A DNA stretch of 51,878 bases, taken from NCBI GenBank assembly GCA_903848795.1, contig CAINHC010000037.1, positions 1 to 51,878 on the forward strand. Reading direction: 5' to 3'. This document shows, in pieces, positions 1-10,269 of this stretch. Both the position numbers and the translations under genes were made by a program. The notes under the pieces are model-generated. The model was not told the DNA's origin, did no database searches, and saw only the letters and a program-made list of their open reading frames with translations. Positions within the stretch are counted from its first letter, which is position 1; each line of letters opens with the position of its first letter. This stretch comes from an uncultured bacterium. GTDB taxonomy: Bacteria > Patescibacteriota > Minisyncoccia > Phycocordibacterales > CAIZLB01.

Positions 1-210
1 CATCAACTACAGGGGGGGGGGAGGGGGAGGGGGACAGGACATCAGCTATAGGAGATAGGTGAGTGTGCGGGAAGGATGCAGCGCATCAACCACAGGGGGG
101 GGGGGGGCTGAGTAGCGGTCAGTGGCGATGGTCAAGGGTAGTGTCATGGATGGCGTTAGGGGTTGCGTCGGTGACTACAATGGCGTGATGTGGTGTGGTA
201 CGAGGAGTAA

Positions 211-1023
211 TTATTTGTGCAATCTAATAAATTGCCAGATTTTGTGTGCTAGTCTTCTTGTAATAAAAAATGGGGGAGCAGGAAGATTGTTAATTTTCCA
301 GACCCTTCTCTGCTCTATCCAGCCTGTAATTCTGTGACCTAGGCTACTAGCGCTTGTACCGCCGTCTCTCATGGTTACTAGAATCTCTGGCAGATATTTT
401 ACTTTTATTTTATAAATTTTTAGTAGACGAAATGTTAGCTCATAGCAAGCTGAAATTGCAAGGGTTGTATCGAAAATCCGGTTGTCCTTTTCTATAAGTT
501 TTTCATAAATCTTTCGTCTAACAAAAAAAGTTGGATGGGGGATACTCCAGCCCCAATTTAGTTTTTCTTCCGCATACTCTCCGGCCTTCCAGTATCTGGT
601 TTGCTTATTGATATCGTTATTGTCGACATAAGCCAAGTCACCGTAGACGGCGTCAACTTCAGGATTGTTTGCGAAAACTTGAACGATTTTGGACAGGACA
701 TTCGGGCTATAAAAGAAGTCGTCTGAATTTAAAATTCCAACAATATCGCCCGTTGCCATTTTTATACCCTTGTTCATTGCATCAAATATTCCCTTATCTG
801 GTTCTGAAATTAGTTTGATATTTAGAGCTGGAAATTTATTTTGATATTTTTTAACAATTTCTTGTGTGCCATCAGTTGATGCCCCATCAATTATTATGTA
901 TTCAAAATTCGAGTCTTGCACCAGTGCTGGATAATTTTGCATCTGTGTAACAACACTATCTAGAGTGTCTTCTAGAGTTTTGGCGGAGTTGTATGTAGGG
1001 GTGATTAGGGTGAGGTTGGGCAT
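211..1023 (-). CDS. Glycosyltransferase family 2 (WcaE-like)
   Basis: ITPTYNS, IIDGASTDGT, DKGIFDAMNKG, LNSDD motifs; start placed at ATG 1023 (MPNLTL), just after the upstream stop. Confidence 0.9.
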   Translation of the reverse strand: MPNLTLITPTYNSAKTLEDTLDSVVTQMQNYPALVQDSNFEYIIIDGASTDGTQEIVKKYQNKFPALNIKLISEPDKGIFDAMNKGIKMATGDIVGILNSDDFFYSPNVLSKIVQVFANNPEVDAVYGDLAYVDNNDINKQTRYWKAGEYAEEKLNWGWSIPHPTFFVRRKIYEKLIEKDNRIFDTTLAISACYELTFRLLKIYKIKVKYLPEILVTMRDGGTSASSLGHRITGWIEQRRVWKINNLPAPPFFITRRLAHKIWQFIRLHK

Positions 1024-1024
1024 A

Positions 1025-1771
1025 TTATTGATAAGTTGCCAATACAGCATCGGTGTCATCCAAATTAAGTTCGCTGATAGATTCTAGTTTATAATTCAGT
1101 GAGCGTAATAAATTTAAACATTCCTTGTGAACCCCTGTATTGTGTGTGGCTAAAAAGACGGTAGGGTGATATTTTTCCAACATTCTTTGTCCTCCTGTTA
1201 ATACATCAAATTCAGCTCCTTCGACATCCACCTTCATTAGATTTGGAGGTGTTATGATTTCATCATCTATCAGACTGTCTAAATCAAAGGTTGGTACCAA
1301 TAACGCCCCATGCTTTTTTGACAGTGAGCCTGTTGCTGCATGATCACCGTCGTCAAAATACATGAGATCCTTTTTGTTCGATACCGCTCCTGAGACCACT
1401 GTTGAGTTTATACACTTGTTAATCTCAATGTGCCTCTTTAGATAATTCAAATTTTTTGGTGCTGGTTCAAAGGCATAAACTTTACCTGTTGAACCGGTTA
1501 ATTTCGATGCTATTAAAGAGTAAAAACCTACGTTAGCACCGATATCAAATACAACATCGCCCTCTCTAATTTTGCTGGCAAATAATATCTGTTGGTCCTT
1601 TTCATATGTTCCAATCCAATAGGTATTAACCCCTGATCCTTTTATCCATTTTAGTCCCTTCAATATTCCTTGAAAGATGGGTAAAATTGTATTTTTTGGA
1701 ATTAGCTTCAAGGGGAGTCTGAGAGTTGTGCCTACAATTGTTTTATTTGAAATTTGTGAGAAGTCTAGCAT
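1025..1771 (-). CDS. FkbM family methyltransferase
   Basis: VFDIGANVG, YAFEP, KVDVEGAE motifs. Confidence 0.9.
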   Translation of the reverse strand: MLDFSQISNKTIVGTTLRLPLKLIPKNTILPIFQGILKGLKWIKGSGVNTYWIGTYEKDQQILFASKIREGDVVFDIGANVGFYSLIASKLTGSTGKVYAFEPAPKNLNYLKRHIEINKCINSTVVSGAVSNKKDLMYFDDGDHAATGSLSKKHGALLVPTFDLDSLIDDEIITPPNLMKVDVEGAEFDVLTGGQRMLEKYHPTVFLATHNTGVHKECLNLLRSLNYKLESISELNLDDTDAVLATYQ

Positions 1772-1781
1772 ATCATTTATT

Positions 1782-2696
1782 TTATTTATTGATGAGTCTC
1801 TTTATAATCTTTCCGATGAAAAATCTCCAGAATGGGTAATTGTCTCTCTGTGTTATCTTATCAGATTCTACACTTCTTTCAATCGTTGGTGGTTCCACAA
1901 GGGGGAAGTCCAGATTGAATGATTTCATGTTGCTGAATTTACTCACCCTTCTTGTGTGTGTTGAGTCATTTTGGCTGAATCCTATGTTGGTAATTAGGTT
2001 TACTGAAGGCATCACAGATAAAAAGTTATTGATTAGACAAGTGAGTGTCCATTGATAATCCCATGTATCTATCTTGTTCGCATAGACATTGTTAAAAATT
2101 GATGTCCAATAATAAACGTCTTTTGTATTTTTGAATATTTTCTTTAGATTACCTTCCCTCTTTATTTTAGGCCATGATTCTATTTGAACGTCATATTTAT
2201 TCCATACCCTGCGCCATGTCGCCCATCCCCAGATGTGTGGATATCTTGAAAAATAATAACTATATTCATTTTTTACTTTTCCAAATTGAAAATTGTTTCC
2301 GCTAATCATTCCAATTTTTTCTTCGTCTCTATATTTTGCCAGCATTTCCTCGCAGAATTTGAAGAATGACTCATTGGGTAGACAATCATCTTCTAAAATA
2401 ATACCTTCTTCTACATTTTCAAAAAACCAATCTATTCCAGACGATACTCTTTTTTTGCAACCTAAATTTATGTCTGAATAGTTTTTAAACACTTCACAGT
2501 CCCAATCTACTAAATCGATTATTTTTCTAGTTTCTTCACATTTGAGATCTTCTAAATCCTTATTTGCTCTTGGTCCATCAGCTACAACATATAATTTTGA
2601 AGGTCTAATTTTTCTAATCTCATTAAAAACCTTGGCCGTTACATCAGGGCGATTAAATATTATAAATAAAATTGGAGTTTTGAATCTTGATTCCAT
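1782..2696 (-). CDS. Nucleotide-diphospho-sugar transferase (GT-A fold, HlpA-like)
   Basis: FIIFNRPD, ADGPR, IILEDD, WGWATW, WDYQW motifs. Confidence 0.8.
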   Translation of the reverse strand: MESRFKTPILFIIFNRPDVTAKVFNEIRKIRPSKLYVVADGPRANKDLEDLKCEETRKIIDLVDWDCEVFKNYSDINLGCKKRVSSGIDWFFENVEEGIILEDDCLPNESFFKFCEEMLAKYRDEEKIGMISGNNFQFGKVKNEYSYYFSRYPHIWGWATWRRVWNKYDVQIESWPKIKREGNLKKIFKNTKDVYYWTSIFNNVYANKIDTWDYQWTLTCLINNFLSVMPSVNLITNIGFSQNDSTHTRRVSKFSNMKSFNLDFPLVEPPTIERSVESDKITQRDNYPFWRFFIGKIIKRLINK

Positions 2697-2705
2697 ATGT
2701 TTATA

Positions 2706-3416
2706 TTATATGTATTTACAGATAAAGAATAGGGTGCGAACTAGTGGGTTTGGGACCGGTAGTTTATTGTCTCTCATTTCCTTAAGATATAAGTCATTAT
2801 TTAAGTCACCAAGAGAGTCTCCTCGTTTCATAAAAATTGTTGAAGAAACTGGTATATATTTAAACTTAGCTTCTTGTTTATTTGCTATTCTAACGAATAA
2901 ATCTAGGTCTCCACATATTCTAAATTTATTATATTGCAAGCCTCCAACTAAATTATAAATTCTCTTGGAAAAAATAATGCTTGGTTGTATGGCGGGGATG
3001 CAGCCATGTTTTAGAAAGAATTTTCCAAATCTTCTACCTTTTCCAAATTCAGTATGTTGATCTTTTATAAAAAAGTATTTACCATCAGAATAAATAAAAT
3101 CAATATTTGATTTGACAGCTTCAGAGTACATCAACTCAAATCCATCTTTAATTATTCTGTCATCAGAATTTACCCATGTAAACAAATCTCCTGACGCCGC
3201 CATGAAGCCTTGGTGAATTGCTCCGTACATTCCAGTTTTTTCTGTTTGTTTTAATAATCTCACATGAGGGTATCTTGATATTATATTTATCGATTCATCA
3301 TTTGACCCTCCATCAACAATAATGTGTTCAAAGGGTATATCTAGTAACATAACCGACTTGATGTTGTCCTCTAGGTATTTGCCATTATTTAAATTAGGTG
3401 TGATTATGGATAACAT
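2706..3416 (-). CDS. Glycosyltransferase family 2
   Basis: SIITPNLN, IVDGGSND, WVNSDD. Confidence 0.88.
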   Translation of the reverse strand: MLSIITPNLNNGKYLEDNIKSVMLLDIPFEHIIVDGGSNDESINIISRYPHVRLLKQTEKTGMYGAIHQGFMAASGDLFTWVNSDDRIIKDGFELMYSEAVKSNIDFIYSDGKYFFIKDQHTEFGKGRRFGKFFLKHGCIPAIQPSIIFSKRIYNLVGGLQYNKFRICGDLDLFVRIANKQEAKFKYIPVSSTIFMKRGDSLGDLNNDLYLKEMRDNKLPVPNPLVRTLFFICKYI

Positions 3417-3417
3417 T

Positions 3418-4371
3418 TTAATAGTGAATAAGTTTAATTAGATATCGCTTAACTTTTTTAATGTTTTTGGTTATATAATTTTCTTGAATAGATATCGGTC
3501 TTCTTCCAGTTTGCTTAATAAATTCATCTTCTAGTTCTTTTATATGCCAAATTTGTAATGGCTCGAAGAATAATATACCATGCTCATCAAATAATTTTTT
3601 GATTTCTTGTAGGTGCCAGGTGGGCTTTAAATCTTCTGCTGTTTTTAGTGAATCTACACCCTCTATCCACTCTGGTTTTACTTTAGATAGTTTTGAGATA
3701 TCACAATCTAAAGAGTGTGAATATGCAGAATTTATCGATATGTAATCGTTTGGTTTTTTAACTAATTCAGTGCAACGATATAATATTTGCTTGAATTGAG
3801 TTTTATTCCAAGATAGCCATTGTAGGTGAATAATTGGTAGGCTATCTATCTTTTTGCAATTATTTAGGAAAGCTGGTGGTACCCTGGCTACGTGGTCGTT
3901 TATTATAATTTCCTCTCCATAATTTGTTGCTCCGTCATCTAGCCAAGCGGCTCTTTGGTAGTTTCTGTACCAAACGCCAGTGTCATTGTAATACTCTGTA
4001 GATTTCCAAAGCTGTATCCATGGAAATCTGAAACTATCTCCAACTTTGAAATCAGTTTCATTTAAAAACTTTTCAAATAGTTTTGGTGGTATGTACTCAT
4101 CTGCATCTAGAGATATTATTAAGTTGTTATCACCAAATTGTCTGGCTGTCTTCAGTAGATCCCACCTAACTTGATTGGAGTGCCCATCTCTTGGGTTGTC
4201 GATAATGATAACCTTTGGAAATTTTTTATATATCTCCATTGAACCATCGGTTGACATCTGGTCTGCGATGATTATTGTGTCACAATATTTAGATATTACG
4301 TTTAAAGTAACGGGCAGTACATCAGCCTCATTCTTGACCGGCATTAGACATATTACTTTTGGTCTTTTCAT
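3418..4371 (-). CDS. Glycosyltransferase family 2
   Basis: MPVKNE, DQMSTDGS, LDADE motifs. Confidence 0.82.
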   Translation of the reverse strand: MKRPKVICLMPVKNEADVLPVTLNVISKYCDTIIIADQMSTDGSMEIYKKFPKVIIIDNPRDGHSNQVRWDLLKTARQFGDNNLIISLDADEYIPPKLFEKFLNETDFKVGDSFRFPWIQLWKSTEYYNDTGVWYRNYQRAAWLDDGATNYGEEIIINDHVARVPPAFLNNCKKIDSLPIIHLQWLSWNKTQFKQILYRCTELVKKPNDYISINSAYSHSLDCDISKLSKVKPEWIEGVDSLKTAEDLKPTWHLQEIKKLFDEHGILFFEPLQIWHIKELEDEFIKQTGRRPISIQENYITKNIKKVKRYLIKLIHY

Positions 4372-4376
4372 TTTGT

Positions 4377-5600
4377 TTACTTCTTCAATATCTTCTTTAG
4401 CTTTCTGTATATTAGTAATGTATATCTATTATACAGCATTTTCTTGATTCGATTTACTAGGTCAAAATATAGCCTTCGGGGTTTGTTGGGGAAGGGGTTT
4501 TGAATAACATCTTTATATATATCAACAATCTTAGATATTTGATTTTTTAACTCGTACATTTCACTGAATCTCTTTTTGGCCTCTGAAGAACGGAATTTGT
4601 AGTACTCCTTATCCTCCATCAGCTTCTTAAGTTCGGCGGCGTAGTCCTCGATTTTATCAAGAACTCTTCCACCCTCACTGATACATTCTATGTGGCCATT
4701 TGCGTAAGATGATGAGTGGCTTACTATGGGTAGTCCGAAATACATCGCTTCCGCAATAGCAGCTGAATTTACTTCGCCATCTTTTCTGCCATGAGAAAAT
4801 ACATCCAATGTTGATACAAAATCATATATATCATCTTGAGTTTCGGCGTATGGTAAAAATATAATATTTTTGATATTTAAATCTTTTGCCTGCTTTTTAT
4901 ACAAGTCACTACCATTCAGCATTAAAAATACTGTGTTCTCATTTTCAATCTTTTTGTATGCATCAAGTGGAATAGGGGAGTAAATCCAGTCATCTTTTCT
5001 TTGATGAAAACCATATATAAATTTATTTTCAATATTCAATTTTTCCCGTAATCCCGCATACTTCTTTCTTGGAATATCAAGAAACGTTGATATAACTTCA
5101 ACTCTACTTGCATCACCACCTTTTTTGACCCATTGGTCTGCTGACCATTTTGAAATATGTAATACTCTAGAAATATTATATTGATTATCAACCCCAGCCA
5201 GTAGATGTAATGAGTCCACTATGGGAGTACTTCTGATTTTTGTAAAAGGATATTCTGGGTAACCGCCTCTGCCTGTTTGAATGATGTCATAATTATTTTC
5301 ATCAAACTTTTCCCAAAAATCTGTACCCACCCAATCATGGGTAGGGGAATTTATATCCTTTGCCTCAATATTAAACTTAATTAAGTTGACTTTACTTCTC
5401 TCCATAAATTGCACACGTTCTGGATCGGTGTTCAGGTGTTTATAATCACTTCCAATATATGGAGCCGAATCGCAATAAAAATAATCAACACTAAAATACT
5501 CAGTTGGTAGATTGACCGCTAAAACTTGAAGAAATTTTTCAGTTCCACCAGCAGATAATCCGCCAAACTTGATAAATGCGATTTTTATTTTTTTGTTCAT
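4377..5600 (-). CDS. Glycosyltransferase family 4 (GT-B)
   Basis: N-terminal GGTEK; C-terminal E-x7-E-type GEVNSAAIAEAMYFGLPIV. Confidence 0.82.
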   Translation of the reverse strand: MNKKIKIAFIKFGGLSAGGTEKFLQVLAVNLPTEYFSVDYFYCDSAPYIGSDYKHLNTDPERVQFMERSKVNLIKFNIEAKDINSPTHDWVGTDFWEKFDENNYDIIQTGRGGYPEYPFTKIRSTPIVDSLHLLAGVDNQYNISRVLHISKWSADQWVKKGGDASRVEVISTFLDIPRKKYAGLREKLNIENKFIYGFHQRKDDWIYSPIPLDAYKKIENENTVFLMLNGSDLYKKQAKDLNIKNIIFLPYAETQDDIYDFVSTLDVFSHGRKDGEVNSAAIAEAMYFGLPIVSHSSSYANGHIECISEGGRVLDKIEDYAAELKKLMEDKEYYKFRSSEAKKRFSEMYELKNQISKIVDIYKDVIQNPFPNKPRRLYFDLVNRIKKMLYNRYTLLIYRKLKKILKK

Positions 5601-5609
5601 TGTCGATTT

Positions 5610-6569
5610 CTATTGTAATTCTGGAGCGTTTTGTTCAATTAGAATTTCTTCGATAGCTTTCTTGACTGCTTCGTTTGAAGATAGCGAAGGAGACCAGCCA
5701 AGTGCTTTTAGTTTTGTAGCGTCGTATTTGAACTCTGACACATCCCCAACCCAACCTCTGTTGCTTTCTCCGTACTTAATTGGTGAGTTTAAATTCATTG
5801 ATGATACGACCATCTCAGCAATTTCAGACACTCTTGTTCGGTTATCTACTCCAATATTATAAACATTAAATTCATCATTTGAATTATTCCATATAAATAA
5901 TATTGCGTTTACAAGTTCTTTTACGTATATATATGGTTTGATTTGCTGACCGTTTCCTAGTACTTCTAGCTCTGCGGGATTGTTTTTGAGCTTTCTAATG
6001 AAATCATATATTGCTCCATGTGTAGCATATTCGCCAACGACATTTGGAAATCTTGCGATCCAGACTTGAATTCCATAGTTATGAGAATATGCACTAAGAT
6101 ACCCTTCAGAAGCTAACTTAGCTGCGCCGTAGTGTGAGATTGGTAGTAATGGTCCAGAGTTTTCATTTACTGCTAAATTTGTATCCCCATAAATTGCACC
6201 AGTAGAGCAGAAAAATATTTCTTTAATACTATGTACCCTAGCTTTCTCTAAGACTGCAATTGTTGTATTAAATGTGTTAAGTAAATCTACTTGTGGTGAT
6301 TTGCTGCTACTTGCAATATCTGAGTTTGCAGCCAAATGAAAAATCATATCAAATTTATTTGAAACAAAGATATTTTCAAATTCATCAGGATTCAACAGTT
6401 CACCTTTTATAAAAGTGAAGTTGATGTTATTTTTAAAGCGAGAGATGTTTCTTGTTGTTCCCAATGATAGGTTATCATATACCAAAACCTTGTGACCTAA
6501 TTTTAGAAGTTCTTCGCATAGATGATTGCCGATAAAACCAGCACCACCAGTAACTAATATATTTTGCAT
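5610..6569 (-). CDS. NAD-dependent nucleotide-sugar epimerase/dehydratase
   Basis: TGGAGFIG Rossmann motif, HLAA, YGAAK (YxxxK); start placed at MQNIL. Confidence 0.9.
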   Translation of the reverse strand: MQNILVTGGAGFIGNHLCEELLKLGHKVLVYDNLSLGTTRNISRFKNNINFTFIKGELLNPDEFENIFVSNKFDMIFHLAANSDIASSSKSPQVDLLNTFNTTIAVLEKARVHSIKEIFFCSTGAIYGDTNLAVNENSGPLLPISHYGAAKLASEGYLSAYSHNYGIQVWIARFPNVVGEYATHGAIYDFIRKLKNNPAELEVLGNGQQIKPYIYVKELVNAILFIWNNSNDEFNVYNIGVDNRTRVSEIAEMVVSSMNLNSPIKYGESNRGWVGDVSEFKYDATKLKALGWSPSLSSNEAVKKAIEEILIEQNAPELQ

Positions 6570-6579
6570 AATAGTATTA

Positions 6580-7296
6580 TTATATATTAAAACCTGCACT
6601 TTGTGCGTCATTATAAAACATCTTGACTGTATCGAGGGAATACTGATCTAAATCATATCCTACCAATGATAATTTCTTCAAAATATCATTTGTGACAGTT
6701 ATTATTTGGCAGCCTATTTCATCCGCTTGGAATATATTTAGTAATTCTCTTGGACTTGCCCAAATTAATTCAGCTTTTGGATTTGATTTCAAAATGTTAA
6801 CGGCCTCTTTCATTAGAGGTAGGGGATCGTATCCTGTATCAGCTATTCTTCCTGCAAATACCGATACATAACTTGGCACTTCTGGATTTAGTGATTTGAC
6901 CACATTTTGTACTTGGTCTAGAGTCATCATTGCTGTAACATTAAGTTTTACACCCTTATCAGATAGACGTTTAATCAATGGGTAACAAACTTCTTGCTTT
7001 GTGTTTGTGATTGGTATTTTTACATAGACATTTTCACCCCAACTGGCTATTTCTATTGCCTGTCTTTCCATTTCTTCAAAATCATCAGAAAAAACTTCAA
7101 ATGAGATGGATTTATCTTTGATGGTCGCTAATATATCTTTAGCGAAAGCATTGTAGTCGGTAATACCCGCCTTCTTCATTAGTGTTGGATTTGTAGTAAG
7201 TCCTTTTATGTAATCCTTTTCATACATCTCTATCATTCCAGCTTTATCTGCTCCATCGGCAAAAATCTTTACATTTAAATCTTTTATTGCTTTCAT
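6580..7296 (-). CDS. tal: Transaldolase (short TalC/FSA-like family)
   Basis: FADGAD, GLTTNPT, VYVKIP (Schiff-base Lys), SVFAGRIAD, WAS. Confidence 0.9.
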   Translation of the reverse strand: MKAIKDLNVKIFADGADKAGMIEMYEKDYIKGLTTNPTLMKKAGITDYNAFAKDILATIKDKSISFEVFSDDFEEMERQAIEIASWGENVYVKIPITNTKQEVCYPLIKRLSDKGVKLNVTAMMTLDQVQNVVKSLNPEVPSYVSVFAGRIADTGYDPLPLMKEAVNILKSNPKAELIWASPRELLNIFQADEIGCQIITVTNDILKKLSLVGYDLDQYSLDTVKMFYNDAQSAGFNI

Positions 7297-7297
7297 T

Positions 7298-7867
7298 TTA
7301 TTTTAATATTAAATTAATAATCTCAGATAAATCATTTACTTTGTAATCAGGTGAACTAAGACCTCTCTTTTTGGCTGAATGTTCATTATGTACCTGTATA
7401 GTCTTAATTTTAGCATTTTTTCCACATTCGATATCACTATCTTGATCTCCTATTATCCATGAATTTGTAATATCCAAATCATAATCCTGTATGGCTTTTT
7501 GTATAAAAAATGGTTTTGGTTTGCGACATTCACATGTTCCAGAGTACTCTGGGACAATGCCATTTGGATGATGATAACAATAATAATACTCCTTAATTTT
7601 GATGTCGCAATCCTTCACTTTTTCTCTAAGTATTTCTTGTATTTCCTTTATATTTTCCAAGGTTGTTTTTCCCTTTGCGTAACTTGGTTGATTTGATATT
7701 ACAAAAATGTAGTAGCCTTGATCGTAAAGTTTTTTGATTATGTCAAGGGATCCCGGTATTAATTCGAAATCTTTAGGGTAGTGAGGAGATTCATATTCAT
7801 CTGTTTTTGGATTAAATATTAATTGATTAATCACCCCGTCTCTATCAAAAAAAACTGCTTTGTTCAT
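7298..7867 (-). CDS. gmhB: D-glycero-D-manno-heptose-1,7-bisphosphate phosphatase (HAD)
   Basis: FFDRDGVIN, ISNQ, CYHHP, CECRKP, IGD motifs; heptose gene context. Confidence 0.88.
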   Translation of the reverse strand: MNKAVFFDRDGVINQLIFNPKTDEYESPHYPKDFELIPGSLDIIKKLYDQGYYIFVISNQPSYAKGKTTLENIKEIQEILREKVKDCDIKIKEYYYCYHHPNGIVPEYSGTCECRKPKPFFIQKAIQDYDLDITNSWIIGDQDSDIECGKNAKIKTIQVHNEHSAKKRGLSSPDYKVNDLSEIINLILK

Positions 7868-8572
7868 TTATTTAGTTGATTCCCACTTTGCTTCTTGAAC
7901 CTTTAAAAGAGGGTTAGAGACCATTAAGTGCCAAATTACGGCATGGAATGATTCTGTTAGAGGAGTTACCATGTCTGGGTTTATAGTTGGTATTATGATT
8001 GCGACATCAGCAACTTTTGCAGTATATCCGCCATCTCTACCTACAATGCCGAAAACCTTAGCCCCAACTTCCTTTGCATGTCTCAGAGCGGTTACTATGT
8101 TTGCACTAATATTTTTTTCTTCATTTCCACCGCCAACAGAAATTACAAAAATACAGTCTTTTGAATTTAATCTGCTTCCTCTTAGCCAATTTACAAAAAC
8201 CGAATCCCATCCATCATCGTTAGTACGTGCTGTTAGTTCTGACACATTGTCAGTTGGGGCGTAGGCTTCAATACCTACTAATTTTCTAAAGTCATTTACG
8301 GCATGTCCTGCATTTCCAGCACTTCCTCCAACACCAAGTATAAAAAGTCTACCTCCTTTATTTCTTACATTTAAAATTAATTTGACTGCTTTTTCTATAG
8401 CAACCTTATCTACCGTCTTACTGATTTGTTCAACTGCCTGTAAGTATGAATTGATGTAGTCGGTATTATCTACATAACTCTTTTCAATAGAAGCAATACG
8501 TTCGCGCAAAAAAGCTATCTCTTCGTCCGAGTTTTTAAACTGTTTTTCTTCTTGTAAAAATTCTGAATTCAT
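7868..8572 (-). CDS. gmhA: Sedoheptulose-7-phosphate isomerase (SIS domain)
   Basis: GVGGSAGNAGH, TARTND, GRDGG, ESFH. Confidence 0.85.
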   Translation of the reverse strand: MNSEFLQEEKQFKNSDEEIAFLRERIASIEKSYVDNTDYINSYLQAVEQISKTVDKVAIEKAVKLILNVRNKGGRLFILGVGGSAGNAGHAVNDFRKLVGIEAYAPTDNVSELTARTNDDGWDSVFVNWLRGSRLNSKDCIFVISVGGGNEEKNISANIVTALRHAKEVGAKVFGIVGRDGGYTAKVADVAIIIPTINPDMVTPLTESFHAVIWHLMVSNPLLKVQEAKWESTK

Positions 8573-9270
8573 TTTGTAGTAATTAATTTTTTAAACTCCT
8601 CAATTCCATTAAAAGAGCCTATTTCATAAAATCTTTGCTCGGTCTCAAATCCTAGTAATTTGTTATCTTCAGCTAGGTCTCTATAGATATTGGCTAAGTC
8701 ATACACCTCGCCATCCCCAACACAATTAAAGCATGTTTTGGTTACAATGCCTAGTCCATAATCTATGAAATTCATCTCCGGTACAATATTGACTTTGTCG
8801 TATTTTGTTATCTTGTTTTCTGAGAAAATTACATTGCTTTTGTCCCATTGGTTGTCATTTTTAATTACAGTCATGAGAGCAGGTTTATTGCTTGTTGTGA
8901 ATAATTTTGAAACTTCTTCAAAATTAATTGGCAAGTACGAATCACCATACATTATAAAAAATGTATCAGGAAGATAGGGGAGCGCTTTTTTAATTGCACC
9001 AGCTGTGCCAAGTAATTTATCTCCATCATATGAATATTTGATATTTAATCCAAATTTATCACCATCGCCAATCAGATCCTCAATCTGTTCACCTAAATAG
9101 CCAACACAGATAACGATATTTTTTATACCTTGCTCCTTTAATAATTTTAATTGAAATTCTATAAAAGGCTTTCCATTTATGTCTATCAAGGATTTTGGAA
9201 TAGAGTGACTTATTGGTCGAAGTCTGGTTGCCAGTCCGCCAGATAATAAAACAAGGTCGGTAATCATCAT
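8569..9270 (-). CDS. hddC: Sugar-1-phosphate nucleotidyltransferase (HddC-like guanylyltransferase)
   Basis: LSGGLATRL, PKSL, LGTAGA, YGDSY; lies between hddA and gmhA. Confidence 0.78.
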   Translation of the reverse strand: MMITDLVLLSGGLATRLRPISHSIPKSLIDINGKPFIEFQLKLLKEQGIKNIVICVGYLGEQIEDLIGDGDKFGLNIKYSYDGDKLLGTAGAIKKALPYLPDTFFIMYGDSYLPINFEEVSKLFTTSNKPALMTVIKNDNQWDKSNVIFSENKITKYDKVNIVPEMNFIDYGLGIVTKTCFNCVGDGEVYDLANIYRDLAEDNKLLGFETEQRFYEIGSFNGIEEFKKLITTK

Positions 9271-9275
9271 GTCTC

Positions 9276-10253
9276 TTATACTATTATTTTTGTGCCTTCA
9301 AAGTCAAATTTGAATCTTACCTCATCTAAACCTGCCTCAGTTAAAGCCTTACGTAGTTTTGACTTCTCTTCTGTATAGAACATTAAAAATCCACCTCCGC
9401 CTGCGCCTATTAATTTACCACCAATAGCGCCGTTTTGTAATGCAAGGTTATACCACTCATCTATTTTAGGGTTTGACATGTTTCCTGAACGTTTCTTTTT
9501 ATGTTCCCAGTGTACATTCATTAGCTCTCCAAACTTTTTTAAATCTCCACTCTCTAATGCTTCTTTGCTTTTTAACCCCAATTCTTTTACAAAATGCAAA
9601 TTAGATATCATGTCTTCATCACTGCTTTTGCTTTTATCATTTTGATCCTTAAGAATTGCCGATGCTGATCTGGAGTATCCAGTAAAAAACAACAATAGAT
9701 TGTCTTCTAGATCATATAGGGTTTCTTTGCTGATTTTGAGGGGGGATACTTTAACTTCACCATTTTTACAAAATTCAAAACAAGTAATTCCACCATACGC
9801 TGCGATATATTGATCTTGTTTGCCAATTGGCTCCTTTAATTTTTCAATCTCAATTTTACAAGCTTGTTCTGCTAATTCTGGTTGACTGAGAATATTATTT
9901 TCATAATGGTTTAAGGCTTTTAGTAGGGCAGTGGTGAAGCTTCCTGATGATCCAAGACCTGTTCCTGCAGGTATGTCGGCAATACTGGTAATTTCAAGCT
10001 GCTTTATATTTGGATTAATTTCTTTTAGTGACTCTCTTATGATGGGATGTTCGATAGAGTCTATATCTTTAGTGTTCTCAATCCTAGAATACTTCAAAAT
10101 GAATTCAGGAATAAATGGCTTGTTTACTGTTATATAGACATATTTATCTATCGCTGCAGATATTAAAAAACCACCATATTTGCTGTAGTATGATTCAAGG
10201 TCGGTTCCGCCACCGCCTAATGTTATTCGTAATGGGCTTCTTGTTATGATCAT
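9276..10253 (-). CDS. hddA: D-glycero-alpha-D-manno-heptose-7-phosphate kinase (GHMP family)
   Basis: PLRITLGGGGTD, PAGTGLGSS, GKQDQY, GKLIGAGGGG. Confidence 0.9.
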   Translation of the reverse strand: MIITRSPLRITLGGGGTDLESYYSKYGGFLISAAIDKYVYITVNKPFIPEFILKYSRIENTKDIDSIEHPIIRESLKEINPNIKQLEITSIADIPAGTGLGSSGSFTTALLKALNHYENNILSQPELAEQACKIEIEKLKEPIGKQDQYIAAYGGITCFEFCKNGEVKVSPLKISKETLYDLEDNLLLFFTGYSRSASAILKDQNDKSKSSDEDMISNLHFVKELGLKSKEALESGDLKKFGELMNVHWEHKKKRSGNMSNPKIDEWYNLALQNGAIGGKLIGAGGGGFLMFYTEEKSKLRKALTEAGLDEVRFKFDFEGTKIIV

Positions 10254-10269
10254 GAAAATTAATTAATTT

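Noticed and set aside
122-337. Short opposite-strand or alternate-frame ORFs from the six-frame track (e.g. 122..337, 11178..11873, 47401..47823, 49565..50164)
   Set aside because: They overlap well-supported genes, mostly in antisense, and have no recognisable motifs; treated as shadow ORFs.
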